Below, piece after piece: positions 9,957 to 18,088 of a DNA stretch of 64,000 nt. This stretch comes from Isosphaeraceae bacterium (GTDB lineage: Bacteria > Planctomycetota > Planctomycetia > Isosphaerales > Isosphaeraceae), in contig JAXMBD010000014.1 of the NCBI GenBank assembly GCA_046350035.1, forward strand, positions 53,077 through 117,076. The letters run 5' to 3'. How positions within the stretch are numbered: the first letter of the stretch is position 1; each line of letters opens with the position of its first letter. A program made the position numbers and the translations under genes. Below the pieces are notes generated by a model. The model was given only the letters and a program-made list of their open reading frames with translations, was not told the origin of the DNA and made no database searches.

Positions 9957-12900
9957 GAAGCCGGCCGAGGCCGGCGCGGCGGCGACGGCCGTCGCCGCCG
10001 CGTTGACGACCAGCACCTGCGTCGAGTTGATCGACGTGATGAAGTTCGTCGACCCGCCGTAGGTCGCCTGGATCGTGTAGCTGCCCGCACCCAGGCCCGC
10101 CGGCAGCGGGTACGAAACCGTCGCGACGCCCGACGCCGACACGGCGGCCGACACCGTGGTCGTCCCCGCCACCGGCACGCCGCCTTGCAGGAGGGCGAAC
10201 GATACCGAGCCGACACCCACCACGGCGGCCGTGCTGGCCACGGTGGCCGTCAAGTTCACCGACTGCGACGCGACCACGAAAGAAGTCGAGACCGGCGCGG
10301 CGGCGACGGCCGTCGCCGCCGCGTTGACGACCAGCACCTGCGTCGAGTTGATCGACGTGATGAAGTTCGTCGACCCGCCGTAGGTCGCCTGGATCGTGTA
10401 GCTGCCCGCACCCAGGCCCGCCGGCAGCGGGTACGAAACCGTCGCGACGCCCGACGCCGACACGGCGGCCGACACCGTGGTCGTCCCCGCCACCGGCACG
10501 CCGCCTTGCAGGAGCGCGAACGACACCGAGCCGACACCCACCACGGCGGCCGTGCTGGTCACGCTCGCCGTCAGGGTCACCGAGGCGGCAGCACCGCTAT
10601 AGATCAGCGGCGCGGGTGTCACGGCCGCTGTGGTGGTGGAAGCCTGGAGGATCGTCAACGACTGAGCAAAGACCGAGGTCACCGAAGTGTAGTTGGTCGA
10701 GCCGCCGTAGGCGACCTGGACCGAGTACGAACCGGCCGCCAGGCCGCCCGGCAGGGCGAAGACGCCGCCGGCCCGGCCGGCATTGACCGCGACCCCCGGC
10801 CAGGTGGCCACCGTTGCGGAGCCACTCAGGATGGCGAAGGTGACGGTCCCCTCGTTGACGGTGTCGCTGCCGGCGCCGATCGTCGCGTTTAGGGTCACGG
10901 ACGACCCGTTGGCGTTGAACGTGGCCGAGGCGTTGCCGCCGACGCTGGGCGTCACCGCGCTAGTGTTCACCGTGAGCGTGGCGTTGGTACCGACGAAGGA
11001 CTGGAAGTTCCCGGCCGAATTGTAGGCGGCCTGAACGGCGTAGGTGCCCGAGGCCAGGCCCGGCGGCAGGGTCGCGGCGGCCTGGGCCGCGTTGGCCGAG
11101 ACGGTGGGGCTGGGGACGCCCGCCACCACGCGGTTGTCCGCCCGGAGGAGTCGGAATGTGACCGTGCCCACGTTGATCGACGACGCGTTGGGGCTGGTCA
11201 CCTGGGCAAACAGGTTAACCGACTGCGATCCGGCGGCAAAGTAGGTGACCGGGGGAGGGGCCTGGACGGTCAGGCCACCGATCGGCGCCTGGGCGACCGG
11301 CATCGTCTTGGTGTCCGACGTGCTCGCGTAGCTGTCGGGGGCCGCGTAAATGGCCTTGATCGTGTAATTGCCGGCGACCGTGCCGGCGGGCAGGATGTAA
11401 GACGTACTGGCCTGGTTGTTGACGACCGGGGCCGACGGGCTGGCGATCGGGGTCCCGTAGAGCGAGATCGCGAACGTGACGGTGCCGTAGCTCAGGCTCG
11501 GGTTGCCCGAACTGGTGACGTTGGCCGTTAGGCTGATCGTCTGGGAGATGTCGGCCTGGTAAACCAGCGACGGCGGGCTGGGGATCGTCGTGGAGGTGGA
11601 GGCCGTTCCGATCGTGAGGAACTTGCCGTTGTCGGTCGCCGACAGGTAATTCTGCGTGCCGATGTAGGTGGCCACGATCGTATACTGGCCCGCCGGGGTG
11701 CCGCCGGGCAGGATGTAGTTGTTCGCCGTCGCGGCGCCATTCTGGACGAGAACGGTGACCGCCTGGCCGATCTGCGTGGTGCCGAAATAGACGGCGAACT
11801 GGACGCTCCCCTCGTTAATGGCCACGCCCACCGATGTGGCGACGCTGGCGGAGAGGCTGATCGTCTGATCGGTCGTCTGGAAGGCCACCCCGGTCTTCGA
11901 ATTGGCCGTGATCCGCGCCGCGTTGGTGGCGACGAACGGCTGATAAACGATCGTCGGCCGTGTCGCGTCGGTCACGTGGTCGAGGATCTTGGCCGCGATC
12001 GCCGTCGGAGAGGTGGTGCCCCAGTAGTTGAGCGACAGATCAAGATTGGCGTTCGGATCGCCCACGGCGACGACGCCCCGGTTGCCAATACTCGTGAAGT
12101 CATTCTGATGGATGTTCGTCGTCGCACTACCGGTCAGGGTTAGCACGGTTGAGAGCAACGAATTCAGGATCGTGGCATTGGCGAGAGAACCAACCGTGAC
12201 CGAAGTAATGGAAACAGAGCAGTTGCTTAGAATCAGACGTCCGGGATTCGAGACTCCGCCGGCGACGTTGAGCTGGCTGGGGTAGTTGCCGTTGGTGGTG
12301 GAGGTGAAGGTCGCCCCGGTCGCCGTCAGCGTCCCGCCGGAGCCCACCGACACCGTCGACGACGACGGGTACGGCGTGTACTGCACGGTGTTGCTACCTG
12401 GGAAGCTCGCCGAGCCTCCGTTCAGATTCAGGCTAGCGCTTGCCCCGATTGACAGCGTGGCGCCCGTGCCGAGGTTCAAAGCTGCCTGAGAATTGACGGT
12501 AAGGGTCTGATTGTCCGCAATCTTCAGGTAACCCGTCGCGCCGACGCTGAGAGTCGTGCTTGTGTTGACAACGAACGGACCGCCGAGGGTGCTGCTAGAG
12601 TTCAGCGTCAGCGACCCGCCGAGAAGCTTGATTGTAGTATTGCTGTTGCTTTGTATCCCCAGGACTGTGTCGTTGCCCGAATTGTGTGTGACCACGATCG
12701 CCTGGCTCTGGGTGAATGAGGCCACATCGCTTACGCCGGGGACCTGCTTGGGGCTCCAGTTATTGGAATCCCCCCAGTCGCCGCCTGCCGAGTTGTTCCA
12801 GGTGATCACGGCTAACAGGGCACGGTCCTCCAGGCCCTCCGTCTCGAATAGCGGCCGGCGGCGGTGCCGGCCGTTGCTATGAGGCTTCGGGCCGGGCGAC

Positions 12901-12986
12901 TTGACGTTCGGCGTGGCCGGGCGGAGCGGGAGACGGAGGGTCCGGTGGAGTCGGCTCACGGTGGGGCTCCTCGGTACATCGCCCAC
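9573..12986 (-). CDS. giant Ig-like-repeat surface protein, N-terminal fragment (frameshifted)
   Basis: N-terminal 'RRRPLFETEGLEDRALLAVITWNN', a beta-helix-like T/S/N/G-rich region, then Ig-like modules. The last ~125 aa ('GFGRRLGDPDGERDQHGRRGG...') are out-of-frame read-through after an extra base in the C-run at 9954-9956. Confidence 0.8.
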   Translation of the reverse strand: MGDVPRSPTVSRLHRTLRLPLRPATPNVKSPGPKPHSNGRHRRRPLFETEGLEDRALLAVITWNNSAGGDWGDSNNWSPKQVPGVSDVASFTQSQAIVVTHNSGNDTVLGIQSNSNTTIKLLGGSLTLNSSSTLGGPFVVNTSTTLSVGATGYLKIADNQTLTVNSQAALNLGTGATLSIGASASLNLNGGSASFPGSNTVQYTPYPSSSTVSVGSGGTLTATGATFTSTTNGNYPSQLNVAGGVSNPGRLILSNCSVSITSVTVGSLANATILNSLLSTVLTLTGSATTNIHQNDFTSIGNRGVVAVGDPNANLDLSLNYWGTTSPTAIAAKILDHVTDATRPTIVYQPFVATNAARITANSKTGVAFQTTDQTISLSASVATSVGVAINEGSVQFAVYFGTTQIGQAVTVLVQNGAATANNYILPGGTPAGQYTIVATYIGTQNYLSATDNGKFLTIGTASTSTTIPSPPSLVYQADISQTISLTANVTSSGNPSLSYGTVTFAISLYGTPIASPSAPVVNNQASTSYILPAGTVAGNYTIKAIYAAPDSYASTSDTKTMPVAQAPIGGLTVQAPPPVTYFAAGSQSVNLFAQVTSPNASSINVGTVTFRLLRADNRVVAGVPSPTVSANAAQAAATLPPGLASGTYAVQAAYNSAGNFQSFVGTNATLTVNTSAVTPSVGGNASATFNANGSSVTLNATIGAGSDTVNEGTVTFAILSGSATVATWPGVAVNAGRAGGVFALPGGLAAGSYSVQVAYGGSTNYTSVTSVFAQSLTILQASTTTAAVTPAPLIYSGAAASVTLTASVTSTAAVVGVGSVSFALLQGGVPVAGTTTVSAAVSASGVATVSYPLPAGLGAGSYTIQATYGGSTNFITSINSTQVLVVNAAATAVAAAPVSTSFVVASQSVNLTATVASTAAVVGVGSVSFALLQGGVPVAGTTTVSAAVSASGVATVSYPLPAGLGAGSYTIQATYGGSTNFITSINSTQVLVVNAAATAVAAAPASAGFGRRLGDPDGERDQHGRRGGCRLGVVRAPARRRAGGGDDHGVGRRVGVGRRDGFVPAAGGPGCGQLHDPGDLRRVDELHHVDQLDAGAGRQRGGDGRRRRAGLDCFRGRVAVGELDGHRDQHGHRQRR
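9591..10590 (-). repeat. three near-identical tandem coding units (periods 316 and 321 bp)
   Basis: Identical shadow ORFs start at 9900, 10216 and 10537 ('MSAR[CY]RS[RP]SCKAACRWRG...'). The protein repeats 'TAAVVGVGSVSFALLQGGVPVAGTTTVSAAVSASGVATVSYPLPAGLGAGSYTIQATYGGSTNFITSINSTQVLVVNAAATAVAAAP' three times. Confidence 0.9.
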
Positions 12987-13537
12987 GGGTAGGCGGGGAC
13001 GTTTCGTCCCGTAGGTGATGCCTTCATGGATGCAGTCTGCGCAATCCGGATCGGTTCACAAATGGAATACCGGGGGAATGAACACGGTTGTGTGGTTTTT
13101 TTCCCGAATTCGATCCGAAGACGATCGACCGAGCGGAAAAAACGGCTTTCCGACCTTTGACGTCCCGCCCTGGCAGCTTGCGCCCACGGCATGTGTCCCC
13201 GACGGAACGCCTGGCGCTGTTTGCCTTTCGGAAATCGAGCCCGGGTCACCACTCCTGCCGATTTGTTCGCACCGAGTCGGTGGCAGCCGGCGTGATTGTG
13301 GTCCGTTTGGATGGGACGGCTTCGTCCGGTCTGGCCTCCCGTCGGGCTTTACGAGACCCGGCGCCAGGCCGGTCGTTCCATCGACGGGGTGTGGCCGGCT
13401 TTGCGGGCGAAACTCTCGCTCTCGTCCGGCACGGAACCGCTTCCTGGCTGGTCGGTAGGCGCAGGCCTTCACCCCCCGGGTGGCCGGTCGAGTGGGTGTC
13501 GGGGACGGCCGATTCCCGCCGATACGGGGGTCGTTCC

Positions 13538-13924
13538 TCAGCCGAGCAGCCAGGCGAGCGCATCCTCGCGGGTCGGGAAGAGTCGAATGTTGGTGCCCCG
13601 GTTGTAGGCGACGTCGTCGAGGAAGGCGACGTCGGCGGCGGTCGGCTGCCCCGAGGCCACGATGAGGGCGATCTTCACGCCGACGGGGAACGACGCCCCG
13701 AAGTGGTAGAGATGCGCCAGCGAGGGGACGACCTGCTGCCCCCTTGTGTCGGCAAGGACCTTGTGGAAGCCGGTTTGCGTGATCAGTTCCAGGAGCTCGG
13801 CCACGGCCCGCCGATTTTCCTCGCCCGTGACGACCCCGTGCGAGTCGACCTCAATGATCCGATCCCGCTCATTGACTCGGAGCATCTCGGGCATGGGCCA
13901 GGACCTGTTGAATACCGTTGCCAT
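13538..13924 (-). CDS. hypothetical protein, possibly STAS/SEC14-like (SpoIIAA-like fold)
   Basis: Protein-like composition. The C-terminal pattern 'IALIVASGQ...NIRLFPTREDALAWL' resembles SpoIIAA-like/STAS-SEC14 small proteins. The start is uncertain (13924, 13894 or 13990). Confidence 0.4.
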   Translation of the reverse strand: MATVFNRSWPMPEMLRVNERDRIIEVDSHGVVTGEENRRAVAELLELITQTGFHKVLADTRGQQVVPSLAHLYHFGASFPVGVKIALIVASGQPTAADVAFLDDVAYNRGTNIRLFPTREDALAWLLG

Positions 13925-14239
13925 GCGAGCCGGGGCGAGCTTCGACCGCTTCTTGCGTCCGACCCCGGTTTTGCCGTCGCCGGGTGGCACCGATGCGGAG
14001 AGCCCGTCAGCTTAATCAATCCAGCCAGCGTTCCAGTCTAACCCGAATCCCGGTCCATCACATCCACCGTCCGGTTGGGCGTCCGCGACGCGGGAGGCCG
14101 GTCGAGGCCGCATCGAGATGGATCGCCCCAGGCGCGAGTTCGAAGTGGCACCAACTGCCCGGTATGGTTGCCGTTGCGGCCGCCGTCGATGGGCGGTATT
14201 CTTGTTGTTTCTTCAACCCGAGGGGCGGGCTGCTTTCCT

Positions 14240-15760
14240 ATGTTTGATGACCTCCAAAAACGCCTGGCCGGGGCCCTCGGCCTGTTCCGACCCCGGGGCG
14301 TGCTGACCCAGGCCAATATCGAGGATGGGCTGCGCGAGGTCCGCACCGCCCTGCTCGAGGCCGACGTCCATTACAACGTCGTCCAGGAGTTCATGGCCCG
14401 CGTCGGCGAGAAGGCGGTCGGCGCCCAGCTGATCAAGTCGGTCCGGCCCGAGCAGCAGATCGTCAAGATCGTCTACGACGAGCTCGTCGAGTTGATGGGC
14501 CCGGCCGACACCGCCTTGCGGTTCGAGAAGTCCGGGCCGACCATCGTCATGCTCTGCGGCCTGCAGGGCTCGGGCAAGACGACCACCTGCGGCAAGCTCG
14601 CCCGGATGATGATGCAGGCCGGCCGCAAGCCCTTGCTGGTCGCGGCCGACCTCCAGCGCCCCGCCGCCATCGAGCAGTTGAAGGTCATCGGCCAGCAATT
14701 GCAGATCCCGGTCTACAGCGAGGCCACCACCAACCCGGTGAAGGTCTGCCAGGATGCGCTCGTCGAGGCCAACCGGCAGGACCGCGATACGATCATCCTC
14801 GATACCGCCGGCCGATTGCACGTCGATGACGCCTTGATGGCCGAACTGAAGGAGATCGAGAAGAAGGTCAAGCCCCACCAGGTGATGTTCGTCTGCGACG
14901 CCCTGACCGGCCAGGATGCCGTGGCCAGCGCCGGCGCCTTCAACAAGGCGCTGGAGCTCGACGGCATCATCATGACGAAGCTCGACGGCGACGCCCGGGG
15001 CGGCGCGGCGCTGTCGGTCCGCAAGATCACCGGAGTGCCGATCAAGTTCGTGGGCGTCGGCGAGAAGCTGGACAAGCTCCAGCCGTTCGACGCCCAGCGG
15101 GTGGTCGGCCAGGTGCTGGGGATGGGCGACATCGTCGGGCTCGTCGAGGCGGCCCAGTCGGCCGTCGACCAGGACGAAGCCCGCCGCCAGCAAGAGCGGA
15201 TGGCCAAGGGGAAGTTCGACCTCAACGACTTCCGCAAGTCGATCGGCCAGATGAAGCAGATGGGGTCGATGCGCGACCTCATCAAGATGTTCCCCGGCCT
15301 GGGCCAGATGGACCTCGACCTCGACGGCGTCGACGCCGACGGCGAGGTGAGGCGGCTGCAGGGGATCATCGACAGCATGACCCCCGACGAGCGGACCGAC
15401 CCCAACAAGATCGACATCTCCCGGCGACGCCGGATCGCCGCCGGCGCCGGCGTCGACCCGTCCGATGTGTCGAGCCTGGTCAAGCAGTTCGAGGGGATGG
15501 CCGCCTTCGTCAAGCAGATGTCCCAGATGACGATGCTCGACAAGATCCGGGCGATGACCGGGCTGGGCAAGGCCGGGGCCTTCAACCCCGGCGCCAAGCT
15601 GGTGGCCCCCAAGATTGGCACGGGCAAACGGCTCTCGCCCAAGGAACGCGAGAAGCTCCGCAAGCAACGCGAGAAGGAAGAGCGCAAGCTCCGCCGGGAG
15701 CAGCGCAACCAGGGGAAGAACGAGCCGGGACCACCGTCCAAGGGAGGGCCGCCCCGCTAG
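14240..15760 (+). CDS. ffh: signal recognition particle protein Ffh
   Basis: 'MFDDLQKRLAGALG', P-loop 'GLQGSGKTTTCGKLA', 'LDTAGRL', 'TKLDGDARGGAALS', M-domain 'MGSMRDLIKMFPG'. K/R/E-rich C-terminal tail. Confidence 0.95.
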   Translation: MFDDLQKRLAGALGLFRPRGVLTQANIEDGLREVRTALLEADVHYNVVQEFMARVGEKAVGAQLIKSVRPEQQIVKIVYDELVELMGPADTALRFEKSGPTIVMLCGLQGSGKTTTCGKLARMMMQAGRKPLLVAADLQRPAAIEQLKVIGQQLQIPVYSEATTNPVKVCQDALVEANRQDRDTIILDTAGRLHVDDALMAELKEIEKKVKPHQVMFVCDALTGQDAVASAGAFNKALELDGIIMTKLDGDARGGAALSVRKITGVPIKFVGVGEKLDKLQPFDAQRVVGQVLGMGDIVGLVEAAQSAVDQDEARRQQERMAKGKFDLNDFRKSIGQMKQMGSMRDLIKMFPGLGQMDLDLDGVDADGEVRRLQGIIDSMTPDERTDPNKIDISRRRRIAAGAGVDPSDVSSLVKQFEGMAAFVKQMSQMTMLDKIRAMTGLGKAGAFNPGAKLVAPKIGTGKRLSPKEREKLRKQREKEERKLRREQRNQGKNEPGPPSKGGPPR

Positions 15761-15956
15761 TTCCGCCCGCGGCGAGGACCGCCGCCGTTCGATCCGCCAT
15801 TGACCAGGGTTCGCGACGACCCCCTTCCGGGGCCGTCGCGCGGGGCCGCCGCAGGCTCGGGACCGGCCCCGTCCTCCTTCGGGAGGTTGTCCGTTCGGAA
15901 AACCCGCGGGACTTGTCATGCCTCCGGGCCGGGTGATTTTCGATCAGGAGAGTTTC

Positions 15957-16364
15957 GTGGTTCGTATTCGCATGAAGTCGATGGGCCGCCGCCACCGCCC
16001 GTTCTTCCGCATTTGCGCGATGGACGCCCGCACGCCCCGCGACGGCCGGGCGATTGAGGAGCTAGGGCACTACGACCCGCTGGTCCGCAATCCCGAGGCC
16101 CAGACGGTCCTCAACGTGAACCGGATCCGGTACTGGTTGTCGGTCGGCGCCCAGCCCAGCAACAAGGTCGCCGCTCTGCTCCAGAAGCACGGCGTCCAGA
16201 AACCGGCCCCGGGCGAGCCCTGGGCCCTGCCGGAGATCAAGACGCCGCCGCCCGCCGCGGCCCCGGAGCGCCGGCCAACCCGGCCTGATCCCGCCCCGCC
16301 GCCCCTGGCGGCCGAGGTCCCCCGATGGAGCCGCCCTCGCGCCCGTTCCGGTTCGACGTGCTGA
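15957..16364 (+). CDS. rpsP: 30S ribosomal protein S16 with P/A-rich C-terminal extension
   Basis: 'VVRIRMKSMGRRHRPFFRICAMDARTPRDGRAIEELGHYDP'. In-frame GTG at 15957 is preceded by CAGGAGAG. It overlaps the trmD start by 40 nt. Confidence 0.85.
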   Translation: MVRIRMKSMGRRHRPFFRICAMDARTPRDGRAIEELGHYDPLVRNPEAQTVLNVNRIRYWLSVGAQPSNKVAALLQKHGVQKPAPGEPWALPEIKTPPPAAAPERRPTRPDPAPPPLAAEVPRWSRPRARSGSTC

Positions 16365-17023
16365 CGCTGTTCCCCGGCCTGTTCGACGGTTTCCTCGACG
16401 AGAGCATCTTGAAGCGGGCGATCGCCCGGGGGCTCGTCGAGGTGCACCGCTGGAACCTCCGCGACTGGGGTATCGGCCGGCACAAGCAGCTGGACGACCG
16501 GCCCTTCGGCGGCGGCCCCGGGATGGTCCTGATGGCGCCACCGATCGTGGAAGCGGCCGAGTCGGTCCGGGGGCGGGGCGAAACGCCCGGCCACCTGGTG
16601 TTGCTCAGCCCCCGCGGGCGGCGGCTCGACCAGGCGAGGGTCCGCGAGTTGGCCGACCTGCCCGACCGCCGGATCCTCCTGCTCTGCGGCCGCTACGAGG
16701 GCTTCGATCAGCGGATCATCGACGAGTTGCAACCCGAGGAGCTTTCGATCGGCGATTACGTCCTCTCCGGCGGCGAAGTCCCCGCGATGGCGATCATCGA
16801 CGCGGTGATGCGGCTGGTGCCGGGCGCCCTGGGTGATGATCAGAGTTCCGTGGACGAATCGTTCGGGCCCGACGGCGGCCTCGAATACCCGCAATACACC
16901 CGCCCCCGCGAATTCCGGGGGCGAACGGTCCCCGAAATCCTGCTGGGCGGCGACCACGCCGCCATCGAACGGTGGCGAAAGAGTCAACGCAGGCCATCGC
17001 CGCCCGAACCGAATCCCGAGTAA
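16325..17023 (+). CDS. trmD: tRNA (guanine37-N1)-methyltransferase
   Basis: '[13 protein letters not shown]', '[13 protein letters not shown]', '[13 protein letters not shown]', '[11 protein letters not shown]'. Confidence 0.92.
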   Translation: MEPPSRPFRFDVLTLFPGLFDGFLDESILKRAIARGLVEVHRWNLRDWGIGRHKQLDDRPFGGGPGMVLMAPPIVEAAESVRGRGETPGHLVLLSPRGRRLDQARVRELADLPDRRILLLCGRYEGFDQRIIDELQPEELSIGDYVLSGGEVPAMAIIDAVMRLVPGALGDDQSSVDESFGPDGGLEYPQYTRPREFRGRTVPEILLGGDHAAIERWRKSQRRPSPPEPNPE

Positions 17024-17046
17024 CCCGACCCGAAAGGCTTCTTACG

Positions 17047-17562
17047 ATGCAAAACCGCCTGATGGAGCTGGTCGAACAGACCAGCCTGAAGCAAACGGTG
17101 CCGCACTTCGAGATCGGCGACACCGTCGACGTCCACGTGCGGATCCTCGAAGGTGAGAAAGAGCGGATCCAGATCTTCAACGGCGTGGTGATCGCCCGGT
17201 CGGGCACCAAGACCCGAGAGATGTTCGTGGTCCGTCGGATCGTCCAGGGCGAGGGCGTCGAGCGGAAGTTCCCGGTCCATTCGCCCAGGATCGCCGACAT
17301 CGTCGTCAAGCGGTCGGGCAAGGTCCGCCGGGCGAAGCTGTACTATCTCCGAGGCCTCTCGGGCAAGGCCGTCCGGCTCAAGGAGCGGTTCGTCGGCGGA
17401 AAGGCGACGGTGGCCGAGGCCGCGGCCGCCCGCGTCGAGAAACGCGCCGCCCGCAAGGCCCGCAGCGAGGCCCGAGCCGCCGCCCGGGCCGAGGCCAAGG
17501 CCAACCCCAAGCCCAAGGGCAAGAAGGGCGACGCCCCGGCCGAGGCCGAATCGGCCTCGTAA
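17047..17562 (+). CDS. rplS: 50S ribosomal protein L19 with K/A-rich C-terminal extension
   Basis: '[30 protein letters not shown]', '[21 protein letters not shown]', '[10 protein letters not shown]'. ATG at 17047. Confidence 0.92.
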   Translation: MQNRLMELVEQTSLKQTVPHFEIGDTVDVHVRILEGEKERIQIFNGVVIARSGTKTREMFVVRRIVQGEGVERKFPVHSPRIADIVVKRSGKVRRAKLYYLRGLSGKAVRLKERFVGGKATVAEAAAARVEKRAARKARSEARAAARAEAKANPKPKGKKGDAPAEAESAS

Positions 17563-17674
17563 CGCCCCGAAGCGAGACGCCCCGGGCGCGCGGCGGCCTC
17601 AACCCGCTGCGCGCCGGTCGAACACCCGCGGATACTGAACCGAACCGACGCGATCCGTAGCGAGGTCCCCCACG

Positions 17675-18064
17675 ATGGCCGCCGATAAAGGCAAGTCCGA
17701 GAAGCCCAAGACGCAGCACAAGCCGCCCGCCGATCCCAAGGCCGAAGCCAAGGCCGAGGCCCGCGCCAAGGACAAGGCGAAGAAGGCCAAGGCCGAGGCG
17801 GAAGCCAAGGCCGAAGCCAAGGCCGCCGAGCCGGCCAAGCCCGAACCCGCAGCCCCTCGGCCCCCGGCCGACCCCCGCCTCAAGGTCATGAAGAAGTTCG
17901 AGGGCCGGTTCCTGCCCAAGGGCCCCCTGCGCGACCGCTACAAGGCGATCCGCGTCCGGTGGGATTCCGAACAGGACAACGGGGGTGTCACGGTCGAAGA
18001 ATTGAAAGGCCTGCTCAACGACTGGCGAGCCTCCCGGGCCAAGCCAACCAAGGCCAAGGCCTGA
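17675..18064 (+). CDS. hypothetical Lys/Ala/Glu-rich protein
   Basis: 129-aa ORF. The low-complexity 'KAEAKAEARAKDKAKKAKAEAEAKAEAKA' N-half is followed by a normal-looking C-half 'LKVMKKFEGRFLPKGPLRDRYKAIRVRWDSEQDNGGVTVEELKGLL'. Confidence 0.45.
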   Translation: MAADKGKSEKPKTQHKPPADPKAEAKAEARAKDKAKKAKAEAEAKAEAKAAEPAKPEPAAPRPPADPRLKVMKKFEGRFLPKGPLRDRYKAIRVRWDSEQDNGGVTVEELKGLLNDWRASRAKPTKAKA

Positions 18065-18088
18065 GCGACGGGCGATCCTGCAAAGACG

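Noticed and set aside
9591-10590. Regular ~320-bp repeats considered as a possible CRISPR-like or satellite array
   Set aside because: The units abut without spacers, are ten times longer than CRISPR repeats, and translate into Ig-like protein modules collinear with the rest of the gene.
12987-13537. 550-bp non-coding region upstream of the giant gene, inspected for riboswitch/ncRNA or small genes
   Set aside because: It has only junk-composition ORFs in all frames. I could not recognise any conserved RNA motif by eye, so nothing can be supported without covariance-model searches.
14213-15919. 568-aa minus-strand ORF antisense to ffh (and the 342-aa ORF 14713..15741)
   Set aside because: ffh on the plus strand has unambiguous GTPase and M-domain motifs. 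The antisense translations are low-complexity L/D/G/A/R or S/R/P strings.
17690-17850. 'gccaaggccgaagcc...' short-period DNA repeats
   Set aside because: These simply encode the KAEA low-complexity region of the 129-aa ORF. There is no independent repeat-element structure.
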